Assembly (NCBI RefSeq): GCF_964355755.1
Contig: NC_092672.1
Span: 23,201,237-23,265,236 of the forward strand
DNA: 64,000 nt
Direction: 5' to 3'
Origin: Antedon mediterranea
Taxonomy: Eukaryota; Animalia; Echinodermata
Position numbers and translations under genes: made by a program. The notes beneath the pieces are model-generated. The model was given only the letters and a program-made list of their open reading frames with translations. It was not told the origin of the DNA and did no database searches. How positions within the stretch are numbered: the first letter of the stretch is position 1; the number at the start of each line of letters is the position of its first letter. Positions 12,875 to 26,840 of the stretch are shown here, piece after piece.

Positions 12875-14870
12875 CGCCGTGGCTAAAGATACGGTACCGT
12901 ATTCTAACTTCTGTTTACTAAAGGTACGGTAAAATTGCATTACGTCATAGCCAACCAATGGGGTGCTGGTACGTGTGTGACGTCATAGTATAAGGACTTT
13001 GGATTTTTTTTCATATCGCGTCTCTGTTGTTTTGTGTAGAGAATTCCTATCGGCGGCGCCAGGCTGCGTGGGTGTGTGTGCGCTGCAGATGAGGGTTTTA
13101 TTTTTATTCCAAATGGCCTATTTATGCCTATATTTTTTATTAAACTTTGTTTACAATGGTGACCATAAACAACAAGCAAATGCAGACAATAAAGGGGCCC
13201 TCAAATACTATGATTTTGACAGTAGCCCCAGGCTAACGAGTCACAGAAATCAGCGCACACATGCAGCTGGCCCCAGCCTGGCATCGCTTTCCCTACACAA
13301 ACAAACTCATATACTGTAATGAGGTTATAGTAGGCGTAGTAGGCCTAGCCTAGGCCTCTTTTGAAACGGTTTTCTACGAAAGCCCATTAATGCCATTTTA
13401 AGTATATGTTTTTCGAACGTAATCCGTTATAACGAATTAGTAATTCCTTTGAACGGATTAATAATCTGTTCAAACGAATTAGTAATCCATTCAAACGAAT
13501 TGCAACATATACAACAAGTGCCATTTAAAGTATATGTTGTAATTCGTTTGAACGGATTACTAATCCGTTCAAACAAATTACTAATTTGTTTAAACGGATT
13601 ACTAATTTGTTTAAACGGATTACTAATCCGTTCAAACGAATTACTAATTTGTTTAAACGGATTACTAATTCGTTCAAACGAATTACTAATTTGTTTAAAC
13701 GGATTAGTAATCCGTTCAAACGAATTACTAATTCGTTCAAACGAATTAGTAATCCGTTTAAACGAATTAGTAATTTGTTTAAACAAATTAATAATTTGTT
13801 TAAACGGATTATTAATCTGTTTGAACAAATTAGTAATTCGTTTGAACGAATTAGTAATCCGTTTAAACAAATTATTAATTTGTTTAAACAAATTAATAAT
13901 TTGTTCAAATGGATTACAATAATTCGTTTGAACAAATTAGTAATCCGTTTAAACAAATTACTAATCCGTTTGAACGGATTCCTAATTCGTTTTAACAGAT
14001 TATTAATCTGTTTAAACAAATTAGTAATTCGTTTGAACAGATTAGTAATCCGTTCAAACGAATTACAACATATTCTTTAAATGGCACTTGTTGTATATGT
14101 TGCAATTGGTTTGAACGGATTACTAATTCGTTTGAACAGATTAATAATTTAATTTAATTTAAACGAATTAATCCGTCCAAACGGATTAGTAATTTGTTTA
14201 AACGGATTACTAATCTGTTTAAACGAATTAGTAATCCGTTTAAACAAATTATTAATTTGTTTAAACAAATTACTAATTTGTTTAAACGGATTACTAATTC
14301 GTTCAAACGAATTACTAATTCGTTCAAACAGATTAGTAATCCGTTTAAACAAATTAGTAACGAATTAGTAATTCGTTTGAACAAATTAGTAATCCGTTTA
14401 AACAAATTAGTAATTCGTTTGAACGGATTAGTAATCCGTTTAAACGAAATACAACATATACTTTAAATGGCACTTGTTGTATATGTTGCAATTCGTTTGA
14501 ACGAATTACTAATTCGTTAGAACGGATTACGTTCGAAAAACATATACTTCAAATGGCATTAATGGGCTTTCGTAGTTTTCTGTATTCTAGAATTAAAATC
14601 AACATGTTTTGGCTTTTCAATAATAATAACAGACGTAGGCTACATTTAGTTTTTGTCACACACGACGGCGATAATAGCGATAAATAAAGCATAAAGAAAA
14701 AAAATGCGGTTGATCACTGTTTTCGCGATATGAAAAAAATCCACAAAGTCCTTATACGATGACGTCACGCACGTCCCAGCACCCCATTGGCTGGTTATGA
14801 CGTAATGCAATTTTACCGTACCTTTAGTAAACAGAAGTTAGAATACGGTACCGTATCTTTAGCCACGGCG
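12875..14870. mobile_element. Non-autonomous Mutator-like element, ~145-bp TIR, 9-bp TSD
   Basis: TSD AATAAAGAA at 12866-12874 and 14871-14879; TIR CGCCGTGGCTAAAGATACGGTACCG. Confidence 0.9.
13375..14574. mobile_element. IS3EU-like non-autonomous element filled with 21-bp repeats, 6-bp TSD
   Basis: TIR TACGAAAGCCCATTAATGCCATTT; TSD GTTTTC at 13369-13374 and 14575-14580. TAY..RTA ends plus a 6-bp TSD fit IS3EU. Confidence 0.8.
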
Positions 14871-15794
14871 AATAAAGAAAGTATTGAACTAAAAGGCCTA
14901 GTAATACATACCATTTTATAACCATAATAAGTACAGTACTGTAGTTATCCTTGACAAGGCAAATGTTTGCCCTTGACATGCATAATACTAAATGCTTCCA
15001 CTAGGCCTAGTGAGTGAATTCAGTTCATCAGTTTGGCAGCCTGCCTAGCCTCTAGGCCTAGCCTACCAGGCTATAATAGCCTACTAGCTATGCATGTGTG
15101 GCCTACTAGACTAGAGGCTAGCTATTGATAAGGGTAAAATAGTCAAGCTCAAAGCTTAAAAATTAGTAGATTACAAATAAAAAAGATTGTTTTCCTACCT
15201 CAAAACATACTTATTTGACAATTTCAATGATGAGCCTTTTTTTTCTACACACCACTACTACTGTAGGCCTAGCCTACGTCGAAGTAACTGAAATTACTGA
15301 CACCAGTTTCAAAATTTTATCAAAACGAAACTAAACCAATGACAAGCTCGTATCTTATGAAATTTGATCTTGCATATCATGAATGAAGGGATCATTCAAT
15401 TTTCAACACAACTTCTAGAACATTTTTGTATTATACAGAGACAATAATATTTGCCAATCTAAAATTCCTAAATAACCAATAATCATTTGTTTTACAATAA
15501 AGGATGATAAAATAAACCGCCAACTGAAATCTAATGTTAATTTAACGTTGAAACATCAATGGCAACGCACTTAGTATTAAAAAATTTAAGTATTAAATAG
15601 AATTTATCTTTAATTTAACGTTTAATTCACATTGAAAAACAAAAATAATAATTGTTTGAAAAAACAACATAATTTCAAGAGTTTTTCAACGTTGAAAACA
15701 TGTCATTTGAAAATGGCAACTGGATTTCAACGTTAAAATAACGTTGGAATAACATTGAAAAACAAAAATAATAATTGTTTGAAAAAAATTATTA

Positions 15795-17900
15795 GTTAGA
15801 AATACAATGTTATTTCAACGTTGGATCAACATTGATAAATTAACGTCAATTACTAGTTAGAAAGACAATGTTATTTCAACGTTGGAGCAACATTGATAAA
15901 TTAACGTAAATTTCTTGTTAAAAATACAATTGTTATTTCAACGTTGGATCAACATTGATAAATTAACGTAAATTACTAGTTAGAAATACAATGTTATTTC
16001 AACGTTGGATCAACATTGATAAATTAACGTAAATTTCTAGTTAAAAATACAATGTTATTGCAACGTTGGATCAACATTGATAAATTAATGTAAATTTCTT
16101 GTTAAAAATACAATGTTATTTCAACGTTGGATCAACATTGATAAATTAACGTAAATTTCTAGATATAAAGACAATGTTATTTCAACGTTGTATCAACATT
16201 GATAAATTAACGTAAATTACTAGTTAGAAAGACAATGTTATTTCAACGTTGGATCAACATTAATAAATTAACGTAAATTTCTAGTTAAAAATACAATGTT
16301 ATTTCAACGTTGGATCAACATTGATAAATTAACGTAAATTACTAGTTAGAAATACAATGTTATTTCAACGTTGGATCAACATTGATAAATTAACGTAAAT
16401 TACTAGTTAAAAATACAATGTTATTTCAACGTTGGATCAACATTGATAAATTAACGTAAATTTCTAGTTAAAAATACTATGTGATTTTAACGTTGGATCA
16501 ACATTGATAAATTAACGTAAATTACTAGTTTAAAATACAATGTTATTTCAACGTTGGATCAACATTGATAAATTAACGTAAATTTCTAGTTAAAAATACT
16601 ATGTGATTTTAACGTTGGATCAACATTGATAAATTAACGTAAATTACTAGTTAGAAAGACAATGTTATTTCAACGTTGGATCAACAATGATAAATTAACT
16701 TAAATTACTAGTTAAAAAGACAATGTTATTTCAACGTTGGATTAACATTAATAAATTAACGTAAATTTCTAGTTAAAAATACAATGTTATTTCAACGTTG
16801 GATCAACATTAATAAATTAACGTAAATTTCTAGTTAAAAATACATTGTTATTTCAACGTTGGATCAACATTGATAAATTAACGTAAATTACTAGTTAAAA
16901 ATACAATGTTATTTCAACGTTGGATCAACATTGATAAATTAACGTAAATTACTAGTTAAAAATACAATGTTATTTCAACGTTGGATCAACATTGATAAAT
17001 TAACTTAAATTTCGAGTTAAAAATACAATGTGATTTTAACGTTGGATCAACATTGATAAATTAAGGTAAATTACTAGTTAGAAAGACAATGTTATTTCAA
17101 CGTTGGATCAACATTGATAAATTAACTTAAATTACTAGTTAGAAAGACAATGTTATTTCAACGTTGGATCAACATTGATAATAAAACGAAAATTTCTAGT
17201 TAGAAATACAATGTTATTTCAACGTTGGATCAACATTGATAAATTACCGTAAATTTCTAGTTAGAAAGACAATGTTATTTCAACGTTAAATCAACATTGA
17301 TAAATTAACGTAAATTACTAGTTAGAAAGACAATGTTATTTGAACGTTGGATCAACATTGATAATAAAACGTAAATTTCTAGTTAGAAATACAATGTTAT
17401 TTCAACGTTGGATCAACATTGATAAATTAACGTAAATTTCTAGTTAAAAATACAAGATTATTTCAACGTTGGATCAACATTGATAAATTAACGTAAATTT
17501 CTAGTTAAAAATACAATGTTATTTCAACGTTGGATCAACATTGACAAATTAACGTAAATTACTAGTTAGAAAGACAATGTTATTTCAACGTTAAATCAAC
17601 ATTGATAAATTAACGTAATTTACTAGTTAGAAGGACAATGTTATTTTAACGTTGGATCAACATTGATAAATTAACGTAAATTTCTAGTTAAAAATACAAT
17701 GTTATTTCAACGTTGAATCAACATTTATAAATTAACGTAAAACATTTGTTTGAAAAACAATGTTATTTCAACGTTAAATCAACATTTATTAATTAACATA
17801 AATTACTAGTTAAAAAGAAAATGTTATTTCAACGTTGATTCAATGTTTATTACTAAACGTAAAAAAAATAGTTAGGGAAAAAATGTTATTTCAACGTTGA
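15795..17900. repeat. 61-bp tandem array, ~34 copies (right arm of 9640-17995)
   Basis: Unit GTTAGAAATACAATGTTATTTCAACGTTGGATCAACATTGATAAATTAACGTAAATTTCTA. Confidence 0.97.
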
Positions 17901-19325
17901 TTCAACGTTTGAAATACGCTGACAACATGATTTCAACAAATCAACTATATTTCAACGTTGATTCAACGTTGAAATTATGTTCTGTGCCCACTGGGGGGTC
18001 ACTTCATCACGCCTAGATACTTCAAGTATCCTATTACAAACAAAAACTTCAATGGACTGTTTTGATAATAATTCAATGATTATCTGACAGCGAATTATAT
18101 CATGGGACTCATAAATACCAGAATGCTTTGGGATTTGTCGTTAGACTCTTTTCTCAGCCGTTTTTGGATTCAACAGGTGGTACCAATAAATTATAGTGGA
18201 GTTTCCATTTTAACAAAAATGTCAAAGTGTAGTACTATAAAGCTGCTTGATTTCATCTAATGAATGAGTCATCTCGTGTGACGTAGCGGGCTAGAGCAGC
18301 AGCGTGAAAAGAAAATCATAGTACGGTTATTATTGTACAGTATATTAATTAAACAAGCTGAACATTTTATATAGTGATTTAATACGCAAATAATGTTTCT
18401 ACATTTTTTTTACTGCAGAGTTTACGTGAATTTCTGTCAGCATTGATCATGTTGTATTCCACCACCAGATTTGCATTTGTAAAGAACGCCTTTGTCTTAA
18501 AATTCCGTCTCCACCCTGCTTTGACGTGATTTCTTTGTTTAACATACCTAGGTCTATTGTTCCATTGTGGCAGTCCAGCAATCACATAGTGGTTTTCTAA
18601 CGTTAGTGTTTGGTTAATGTTTAGGTTCACTAATAACCGTTATTTTATTACATTTCTATAACGTCAAAAGAAACATTCAGATAACGTTTTTAGGTTAGCA
18701 TTTACAGGATACATAACGCTATAAAAACGGTACTTGAACTTTAAAACTATAAAAATTTGAAAAAAAAATCAATAAAAACATTATTAGATAATGCCTCATT
18801 TCTATCATTTTATTATACATAACCCTAACCCTTTATTTGTTAATACTGTACTAACTTAGTTATTTAGATAGATTTAGATACACATAGGCGCTAGGCCGGC
18901 AAAAGTTATTAAAATATGTTTCAGAACACCAGGTTTATTTCATTGGTACATTATATTTTATCAGTAAACCGTATATTAAATGCCTGGAATTTTTATCATT
19001 TTATTTTATTGATGATCCTCCTATCTGCAAAAAAATAAAAACATTATTAGATAGATATACATTGTTATATAATTATGTAAACATTTTGTATATTCTTAAG
19101 TTGTTGGAATTCAATCATGATTAAGTCAATTACAAGGCGGTAGACCGGGAACCAGTCAACTGACAGAAGAGGGCTCTCAATGTCATTTCTATTGACGTAC
19201 CTGCACACAATATTCATAACCACACACCCCCACTTTAATAATGGAATAACCCTAAAAAAAACTCCGGAACCAAAACGGCAGTTGATCCGGCGCCGCCTAG
19301 TAATTGCATTAATTTAGTAACTTAC

Positions 19326-19379
19326 TTTTTTGCCTACTGGAATGTAATTATTGCTTTTTTCCATCAAAATAGTTGTCAT
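19326..19379 (-). CDS. Putative first coding exon of the myosin gene
   Basis: AAAATG start, MTTILMEKSNNYIPVGKK, strong GTAAGT donor, next to a CpG-rich patch. Confidence 0.45.
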
Positions 19380-19561
19380 TTTGATAGGCGCGCCTCCTCT
19401 CACTTCCCCAAAACCAACAGTTCCTTTTTTTTTTTCAAAAACACCGCCGCGCGCCACCTATAATAAAGTATCTAATAAAAAAATTAAAGAAAACCGCTGT
19501 GTACCGCCCTCTCTGTTATGACTCGGTGACCTTAAAATAAACAACAGCTATTTAATTACAC
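19380..19561. promoter_or_regulatory. Probable bidirectional promoter
   Basis: CpG/GCGCGC-enriched 182-bp interval between divergent ATGs. Confidence 0.45.
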
Positions 19562-21751
19562 ATGTTTTTTGCTATGATTTTTGCGATCAATCAATCAACA
19601 AGGTATGTTTGTAGCTGTTACTACACCCATAACATATTTTTACCTAAGTTTAAACTGCATGTGACGTATATAGATGATAAAATATTTGCTGATATTTGGA
19701 AACCGGTAAAACCTGTTGCTGCCAAATCTTCTTTGTACTAGGCCTAGACAGCAGAACCTGGTCTGGTCCTAGCTAGTTAAGTAGAACTAGTAGGCCTGTC
19801 TAAACTAACCCTACCCTAGACCTAGGCCTTTATTTTGGAAATTAGATTTTTTCCGCTGTAGCCATACTGAAAACTTTACATATATGAATTTATGATATAG
19901 GCCTTAGTCTAGGGTATGCAGTATTTTTATAATTTACATGCACAGGTCAAAATTAACAAATTATGCATTATGATGGTACAGTACGGTAGTACTGTAGTTT
20001 CCATAAGTGCTCCGTTTAAGCACTGAGTGAGTACATAATTATATGGTATGTAATTTAAATGTGAATGGGAAATAGAGAGAAACAAGCTTCAAATTGGAGC
20101 TACTGTATAGTACATATAATATTAATAATAAAATGTGAATTGCTTGTGTATTATTTTGTAGATTATTAAAAACAAAGGGTGTGAAAATGAAGAAGGATTC
20201 ACAGACGTTCTGAGAGTCGTAAGTAATTGATGTTTTAATTTATGTAATTATGTTAAGTTATCTGGCTGATAATGGTACAAGTAGCAAAATACAGTTCATG
20301 TGTGTGTTGTAGCAGAATACGGTACCTGTATAGCAGAATATGGTACATGTGACAGTGTAGCAGAATACGGTACATGTGTATCAGAATACGGTACCTGTGT
20401 AGCAGAATACGGTACCTGTGTAGCAGAATAGTGTACATGTGTAGCAGAATACGGTACATGTGTAGCAGAATACGGTACATGTGTAGCAGAATACGGTACA
20501 TGTGTAGCAGAATACGGTACCTGTGTATCAGAATACGGTACATGTGTAGCAGAATACGGTACCTGTGTATCAGAATACGGTACATGTGTAGCAGGATACG
20601 GTACCTGTCTAGCAGACAATTTTCCTTTTTTGTCAATAAACTCTTCTAGGAATAAAACAGAATTTGGCTCATGCAGACAATTTTCCTCATAGTGGGACAT
20701 TCAAATGCAAAACTATATTTTCTTTATTTTATTTCATACCATTAAACACATGTTATCTCACTAACAATTCATTTCAGGTTAAAACAGAAGTAGAACGTAG
20801 AAAATCACTTGGCCGAGATTATTTAAAGAGAAAAGAGACAATTTTAAAATATTACACACCACTCAATCAAGAGATATACAAACTACAGGTATGGAATTAA
20901 GTAGTTAAAAAAATGAAATAAATATTTTACCTGTTAACTACACCTTGCTGATGGAATACAACTATGAATGCATGTCTGATTTTGTAAAGACCAACTATTA
21001 CAACAAATGTTTAGCTTGACTACTACAACTGACAAGGACAACTTCCCCTTTAGTTATATGTTTAGTTATATGTTTAGTTAAATATCTTGACTAAAAATAT
21101 TTGAAATAGTTGGAAAGTTTTACTTCTTTATGGTATTATATTTTCTCGTTGAGATTGTTATAGATTTCATTTCTGAGCCTAAAATTTCTGAAGTTGGTTG
21201 AACATAGCAAGCAGAAAAATGCATCAATGCAAAGTTTGATAAAACTCATGAGTACTGAAAAAGGTTTGTTGATAGTTGACCTATTGTAATCAAATTCTAT
21301 AAAAAATTAGTAAAGGAGTCTAACTTAAATAACTGTACATTGTGAAGCTCATTCTGCCATGGAACAGTAATCGAAAAAGATAAAAATCAAAGCTATACAC
21401 TAGTAGAGCAAGCTTTCCTATATGATTAAAACTATTTGACGAAAAGGCATATTTCAAACACATTAAAGGAAAAGTTAAGCACACAAAAAATGGCAAAATT
21501 ACATGTTTTTGCATTGTTATTTTGTGAACAATGGATGTTCTATAACTCAAAATGGCATTCAAAAACTTGCATATTTACTGTAATTACGTTTTATGTTTCA
21601 CATTTAACTGTTTTTTTTTTATGTAGGAGAGCGTATTTACTCTTTTCCAATATTTACTGAAGAGTTTTGTAATTCATTTAAAGAAGAAATAGAACATTTT
21701 GAAAACACAGATTTACCAAAAGGAAGACCAAATACAATGAACAATTATGGT
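19562..21751 (+). CDS. OGFOD2: OGFOD2-like 2OG-Fe(II) oxygenase, exons 1-5 only (179 aa)
   Basis: Exons 19562-19705 (YVCSCYYTHNIF..LHV), 20162-20218, 20778-20888 (EVERRKSLG), 21164-21263, 21627-21751 (RIYSFPIFTEEFC..EEIEHFENTDLPKGRPNTMNNYG). Matches the recalled OGFOD2 N-terminal half. Confidence 0.9.
20309..20612. repeat. 21-bp minisatellite, ~14 copies
   Basis: Unit GTAGCAGAATACGGTACATGT. Confidence 0.95.
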
Positions 21752-22395
21752 GTAAGTGTGGCTACCGTAAATGCCCTGCTTTGCATAAACTAATCAAAAA
21801 CCCCACCTCAAATATTAACTCCCCTACCCCATTAACATCATTTGGTATAAATGCCCCTCATAAACATTAGTAGGGTAGGAAGGAGGGGTTACCATGCACC
21901 CCCATGATGTATTTTTTTAATGTACATTTTTGTAATCCTGAATATATATAATTAACATTTTTTGATGTTCCCAAGACGAAATATTGTCCCATGGGGTCTT
22001 TTGGGGGCCATTTTGGTGGCCATCTTGGATTTATCAAAATCATAAATATAGACGGTACTTGACAAAGACTGATCATAGAGGTCTGATTTTGGTCTTAAAT
22101 TGTTCAGAATATGCACATTTCTATGTACTATAATGAAAAGTTTTCGTTCAAAATGGCCATAAATGCCACTTTTGACCTTTGACCTTGTTTTTACATAAGG
22201 GTCATATCTTGGTAACCCCTGGTCATAAAGATTTTATTTTTATCTTAAATTGTTCAGAATATCCATATTTATATTAGCTTTAATGGAACATATTTTTGAA
22301 ATTTGGCAGGAAATATCATTTTTGACCTTTGACATTATTGCATAACGATTTTCTCAATAATTAATAATAATAATTTTTGTATTTTGTGACAATTG

Positions 22396-22813
22396 TAACA
22401 AAAGGTGTGTACACACTATAACAAAAGGTATGTACACACTATAACAAAAGGTATGTACACACTATAACAAAAGGTATGTACACACTATAACAAAAGGTGT
22501 GTACACACTATAACAAAAGGTGTGTACACACTATAACAAAAGGTGTGTACACACTATAACAAAAGGTGTGTACACACTATAACAAAAGGTGTGTACACAC
22601 TATAACAAAAGGTGTGTACACACTATAACAAAAGGTGTGTACACACTATAACAAAAGGTGTGTACACACTATAACAAAAGGTGTGTACACACTATAACAA
22701 AAGGTGTGTACACACTATAACAAAGGTGTGTACACACTATAACAAAAGGTGTGTACACACTATAACAAAAGGTGTGTACACACTATAACAAAAGGTGTGT
22801 ACACACTATAACA
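22396..22813. repeat. 23-bp minisatellite, ~18 copies
   Basis: Unit TAACAAAAGGTGTGTACACACTA. Confidence 0.97.
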
Positions 22814-23253
22814 GAATGGCATGTTTTTTTGTTTAGTAATGTATGAAATATTTATTTTAGATGCCCCACGGTACAGAGGGTTACTTGTAAATTTAAAAAT
22901 TGGTGAACATATGAAAAATTGACATAATTCGTTTTTGCTTTAGCGTACATTCTAGGCTCCCCGACGAGGGGGTTAGATTGTAGTAATTTAAAGCAAAAAA
23001 ATAGTAAAATTGGCTGCTAGTCAGTGGGTTTTTGCTTGAATGTAACCATTTATTTTGTCATTTTATAAGTGACCAATTTATTTATTTTTTTCATTTTTTT
23101 TTTCATCTTTCATGTTTTTTTGTGGGACAATACATCTTTAATGAAATTGTTGTTAATATAAAAGTTGCTTTCAAAAGACATCAGACCTCCCAACTCTCTC
23201 CCTAAAATACAATTTATTTTGGATTAACCAACAAAATATCCAAAGTTGTTAAA

Positions 23254-24030
23254 AACAAGGCCAACAGCCATTAAGTCGCGTGTTACAATGCATAGTGATA
23301 CCGGACAGACAGACAAACAGACCGACAGACAGACGGACGGACCGACCGACATAGTGAACTATACTGACCGAAATTACTGAACATGTTTAAAAATGTTGAA
23401 ATGTTTAAAAACATTTATATTTTTTTAATTTACACGTGCGTAGCCTGTCACTTTTGACGTGCTCGTATAACGTAATTTTGAGTTGAAAAGTAAGTCAAGA
23501 AAACAGAAATCGGGCAAAAAGAGTGCGCAATAACATTTAACGCGCAGTGCGCGCGCAAAAGGCTGCGCACTCATGGCAATTTTGTAAACGCTTAAAATTG
23601 CCTGAAACGTACTCTTATTTTATCGAAAATAAATTTTGAAAATTGTAGGCGCGCGTACGCATGCGTTACATGCGCTACGCACGTAATTGTATTGCCATAT
23701 GATGATTTATGCCCTGAAATTTATGAGTACCAAATTTTATTTAATTGTGATTCATGGTTGTTAAGATATGATTACAAACGTGATTTCGTTAAATCGTGCG
23801 TAGACCGCGTAATTTTTTATTGCGCACCGTGAAATCATAACCACATCGATTCCTGGCCATAAGGAATATTCTGTGAAAAATTGATTTAGCTAGATTAAAC
23901 TGATATCAAGATAAGGTCATAAAGCGATAAAACGCATAGTGATACCGGACCGACAGACAGACCGACAGACAGACAGACAGACCGACCGACCGACATAGTG
24001 AACTATAGAGTCGCTTCCACGCGACTAAAA
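23254..24030 (-). mobile_element. DINE-1/HINE-like (Helentron-associated) element
   Basis: Terminal hairpin AGTCGCTTCCACGCGACT next to a (GACA/GACC)n microsatellite; AACAAGGCC at the other end; microsatellite block duplicated at 23290-23362. Confidence 0.7.
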
Positions 24031-24526
24031 ATGTTACTACTCTAGAAATAAACTGAACGTAAGATATTCATGGATTGTTTAATAAGTGAAGTAATAAGTT
24101 TGCCATGTTTACTATTATAAATAATAAGTGTTCTTGGATTGGATGTATTTTTTTTGTAAGTAAATATTATAGCACCCCTCTATAGTGTGGACATGCTTTT
24201 ATAAAATCTTCCAATATTTCTAAGTTGGGAAGTCCAAAACTTCCGTATAATGGTTATCTTCTAAATTATATTAATAATTAGAGCATAACAAAAAGTCTTA
24301 GTAGTTATAGCTCTATAGCGGTTAGCCTTATAGTCTATCCAGCTTAGTAGATATAGAGCTGTCGCCTATTTATCACCTACTAGTAGATAGATATTTGATA
24401 GATTTTTTATAGTCGTTAGTAGATTTTTGCCTCATTAGCATATTTCGCGATGACATTAGTAGGCGACACCTACTAAATACAACTATTATTAGACTACCAA
24501 TAATCTATCTAGAATGGATTCTTAAT

Positions 24527-25680
24527 TGGCTATTATTTGGCTTTTAAAAATCTACATTAATTTGCTATTTATGGGCTATTAAAAATCTACTAATTAAATG
24601 ACTATTATTGGGCTATTAAAAATCTGTATAAATTGCCTATTATTTGGCAATTAAAAATCTACATAAAATGGCTATAATTTGTCTACTTAAAATCTACATT
24701 ATTTGGCTATTAATATACTATTAAAAATCTACTAAATAATTGGCTATTATTCAGCTACTAAAAATCTACATTATTTGCCTATTATTGGGCTATTAAAAAT
24801 CTACTTAAAAATGGCTATTATTTGTCTACTAAAAATCTACATTATTTGGCTATTATTGGGCTATTAAAAATCTACATAAAAATGGCTATTATTTGTCTAC
24901 TAAAAATCTACATTATTTGACTATTATTGGGCTATTAAAAATCTACATAAAAATGGCTATTAATTGTCTACTAAAAATCTACATTATTTGGCTATTATTG
25001 GGCTATTAAAAATCTACATAAAAATGGCTATTATTTGTCTACTAAAAATCTACATTATTTGGATATTATTGGTCTATTAAAAATCTACTTAAAAATGGCT
25101 ATTATTTGTCTACTAAAAATCTACATTATTTGGCTATTATTGGTCTATTAAAAATCTACTTAAAAATGGCTATTATTTGTCTACTAAAAATCTACATTAT
25201 TTGGCTATTATTGGGCTATTAAAAATCTACACTATTTGGCTATTATTGGGCTGTTAAAAATCTACTTAAAAATGGCTATTATTTGTCTACTAAAAATCTA
25301 CATTATTTGGCTATTATTGGGCTATTAAAAATCTACATTATTTGGCTATTATTGGGCTATTGAAAATCTACATTATTTGGCTATTATTGGACTATTAAAA
25401 ATCTACATAAATTGGCGACTATTGGGATATTAAAAATCTACATTATTTGGCTATTCAAAATCTACATAAATTGGCTATTATTGGGCTATTAAATATCTAC
25501 ATTATTTGGCTATTAAAAATCTACTAAATAATTGGCTATTAAAAATCTACATATAACTATTATTGGGCTATTAACAATCTACATATAGATACTATTGGGC
25601 TATTAAAAATCTACATATAAATTGGCTATTAAAAATCTACATAAATTAACTACTGTTAATTTAGATACTTAAAATCTACA
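24527..25680. repeat. ~31-bp satellite with ~63-bp dimers
   Basis: GGCTATTATTGGGCTATTAAAAATCTAC reiterated. Confidence 0.93.
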
Positions 25681-25796
25681 GAAATTAAAAATCTAATCTT
25701 TTCTGGCTAAAATACAGATACAGAACAATAATTCATCTTATTGGCAAATAACAAATGTATAATGATTAAAAAAATAACAAATTAATTTTTTCCCAT

Positions 25797-26380
25797 ATTT
25801 GTAAACCTTAATCTTGTCCATACATACAGTATGCGAGTCCGAAAACTTTAAGCACATATTTTAACTCAGTTGAACATGTAAAAGGAAGAATACCAAACAA
25901 CAACAGTTACTTTTGTAACAATTTAGACTTATTAAGTGAAACAAGACATTAGTAACCAAATATACAGTATACATTTTATAAATTTATTTAACAAAAAATT
26001 AAGATAGTACATTATTTGTAAACCTTAATATCTTAACCATAACATTGCACATGTTTTAACTCAGCTGGACATGTAAAAGGAAGAATACCAAACAACAACA
26101 ACAGTTACTTTTGTAACAATTTAGACTTATTAAGTGAAACAAGACATTAGTAACCAAATATACAGTATACATTTTATATATTTATTTAACAAAAAATTAA
26201 GATAGTACAGTATTTGTAAACCTTAATATCTTAACCATAACATTGCACATGTTTGAACTCAGTTGGACATGTGACAGGAAGTATACCGAGCAACAGAGCA
26301 ACACTCATCACTTTTGTAACAATCTAGACTTATCAAATGAAACAAGACACAGTATCCAAATATACAGTATACATTTTATT
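25797..26380. repeat. ~200-bp tandem triplication
   Basis: TTTGTAAACCTTA at ~25798, ~26015 and ~26213. Confidence 0.85.
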
Positions 26381-26840
26381 TAAACTTCAAAATTCAAAAC
26401 AATTCCTGAATGGAATTAGACCAGACAATAAGAAATGCACCAAATATTGTCACTATTGACATGAAAAATTAATTACGCAAAAGCACACTTCACCATAAAT
26501 TAATCATCTTTGCACTTGACCATCAAATTTGTACTAGTATAGGTTAAAGATCGTCTCTCTGAAAAAATAATTGTTTAAACATTTTTTTGTTGAATATGCC
26601 ATTTGAATTTTGCTATACAAGGGCTACCTACCAGTAACCTATTAACAGACTATAAACAAACTGATAATAGCCAGTAACTATTAATAAACTATTTATTTTA
26701 TATACTTAGGCCTACTAAGAATTATTACAAATAGATACAGTAGATATAGCTAGATGACCTAGGCCTCTAGGCCTAGATACTGCATTAGAAATCTATTATT
26801 AATATCACAGTTGTAATATCTATCAACTGCATACTTACAA

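Larger units (their letters stand above)
9640..17995. mobile_element. 8.4-kb non-autonomous CACTA/EnSpm-like element with subterminal satellite arms and nested insertions
   Basis: TIR CCCAGTGGGCA...TGCCCACTGGG with GG(G) on both flanks; AACGTT-rich arrays at both ends; no transposase ORF. Confidence 0.8.

Noticed and set aside
13427-14466. Overlapping heptad ORFs on both strands resembling coiled-coil or LRR proteins
   Set aside because: By-product of a 21-bp repeat inside a TIR/TSD-bounded element.
15795-17900. CRISPR-like regular arrays (also 9690-10350 and 28495-31400)
   Set aside because: No unique spacers, no cas genes, eukaryotic context; these are plain satellites.
9594-18030. Possible myosin exon split by the EnSpm-like element (AG near 18030, GTAAG near 9593)
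   Set aside because: The reconstituted frame is phase-incompatible with neighbouring exons and shows no convincing homology.
20253-20700. Repetitive ORFs (HMYRILL / VPYSATH)
   Set aside because: 21-bp minisatellite in an OGFOD2 intron.
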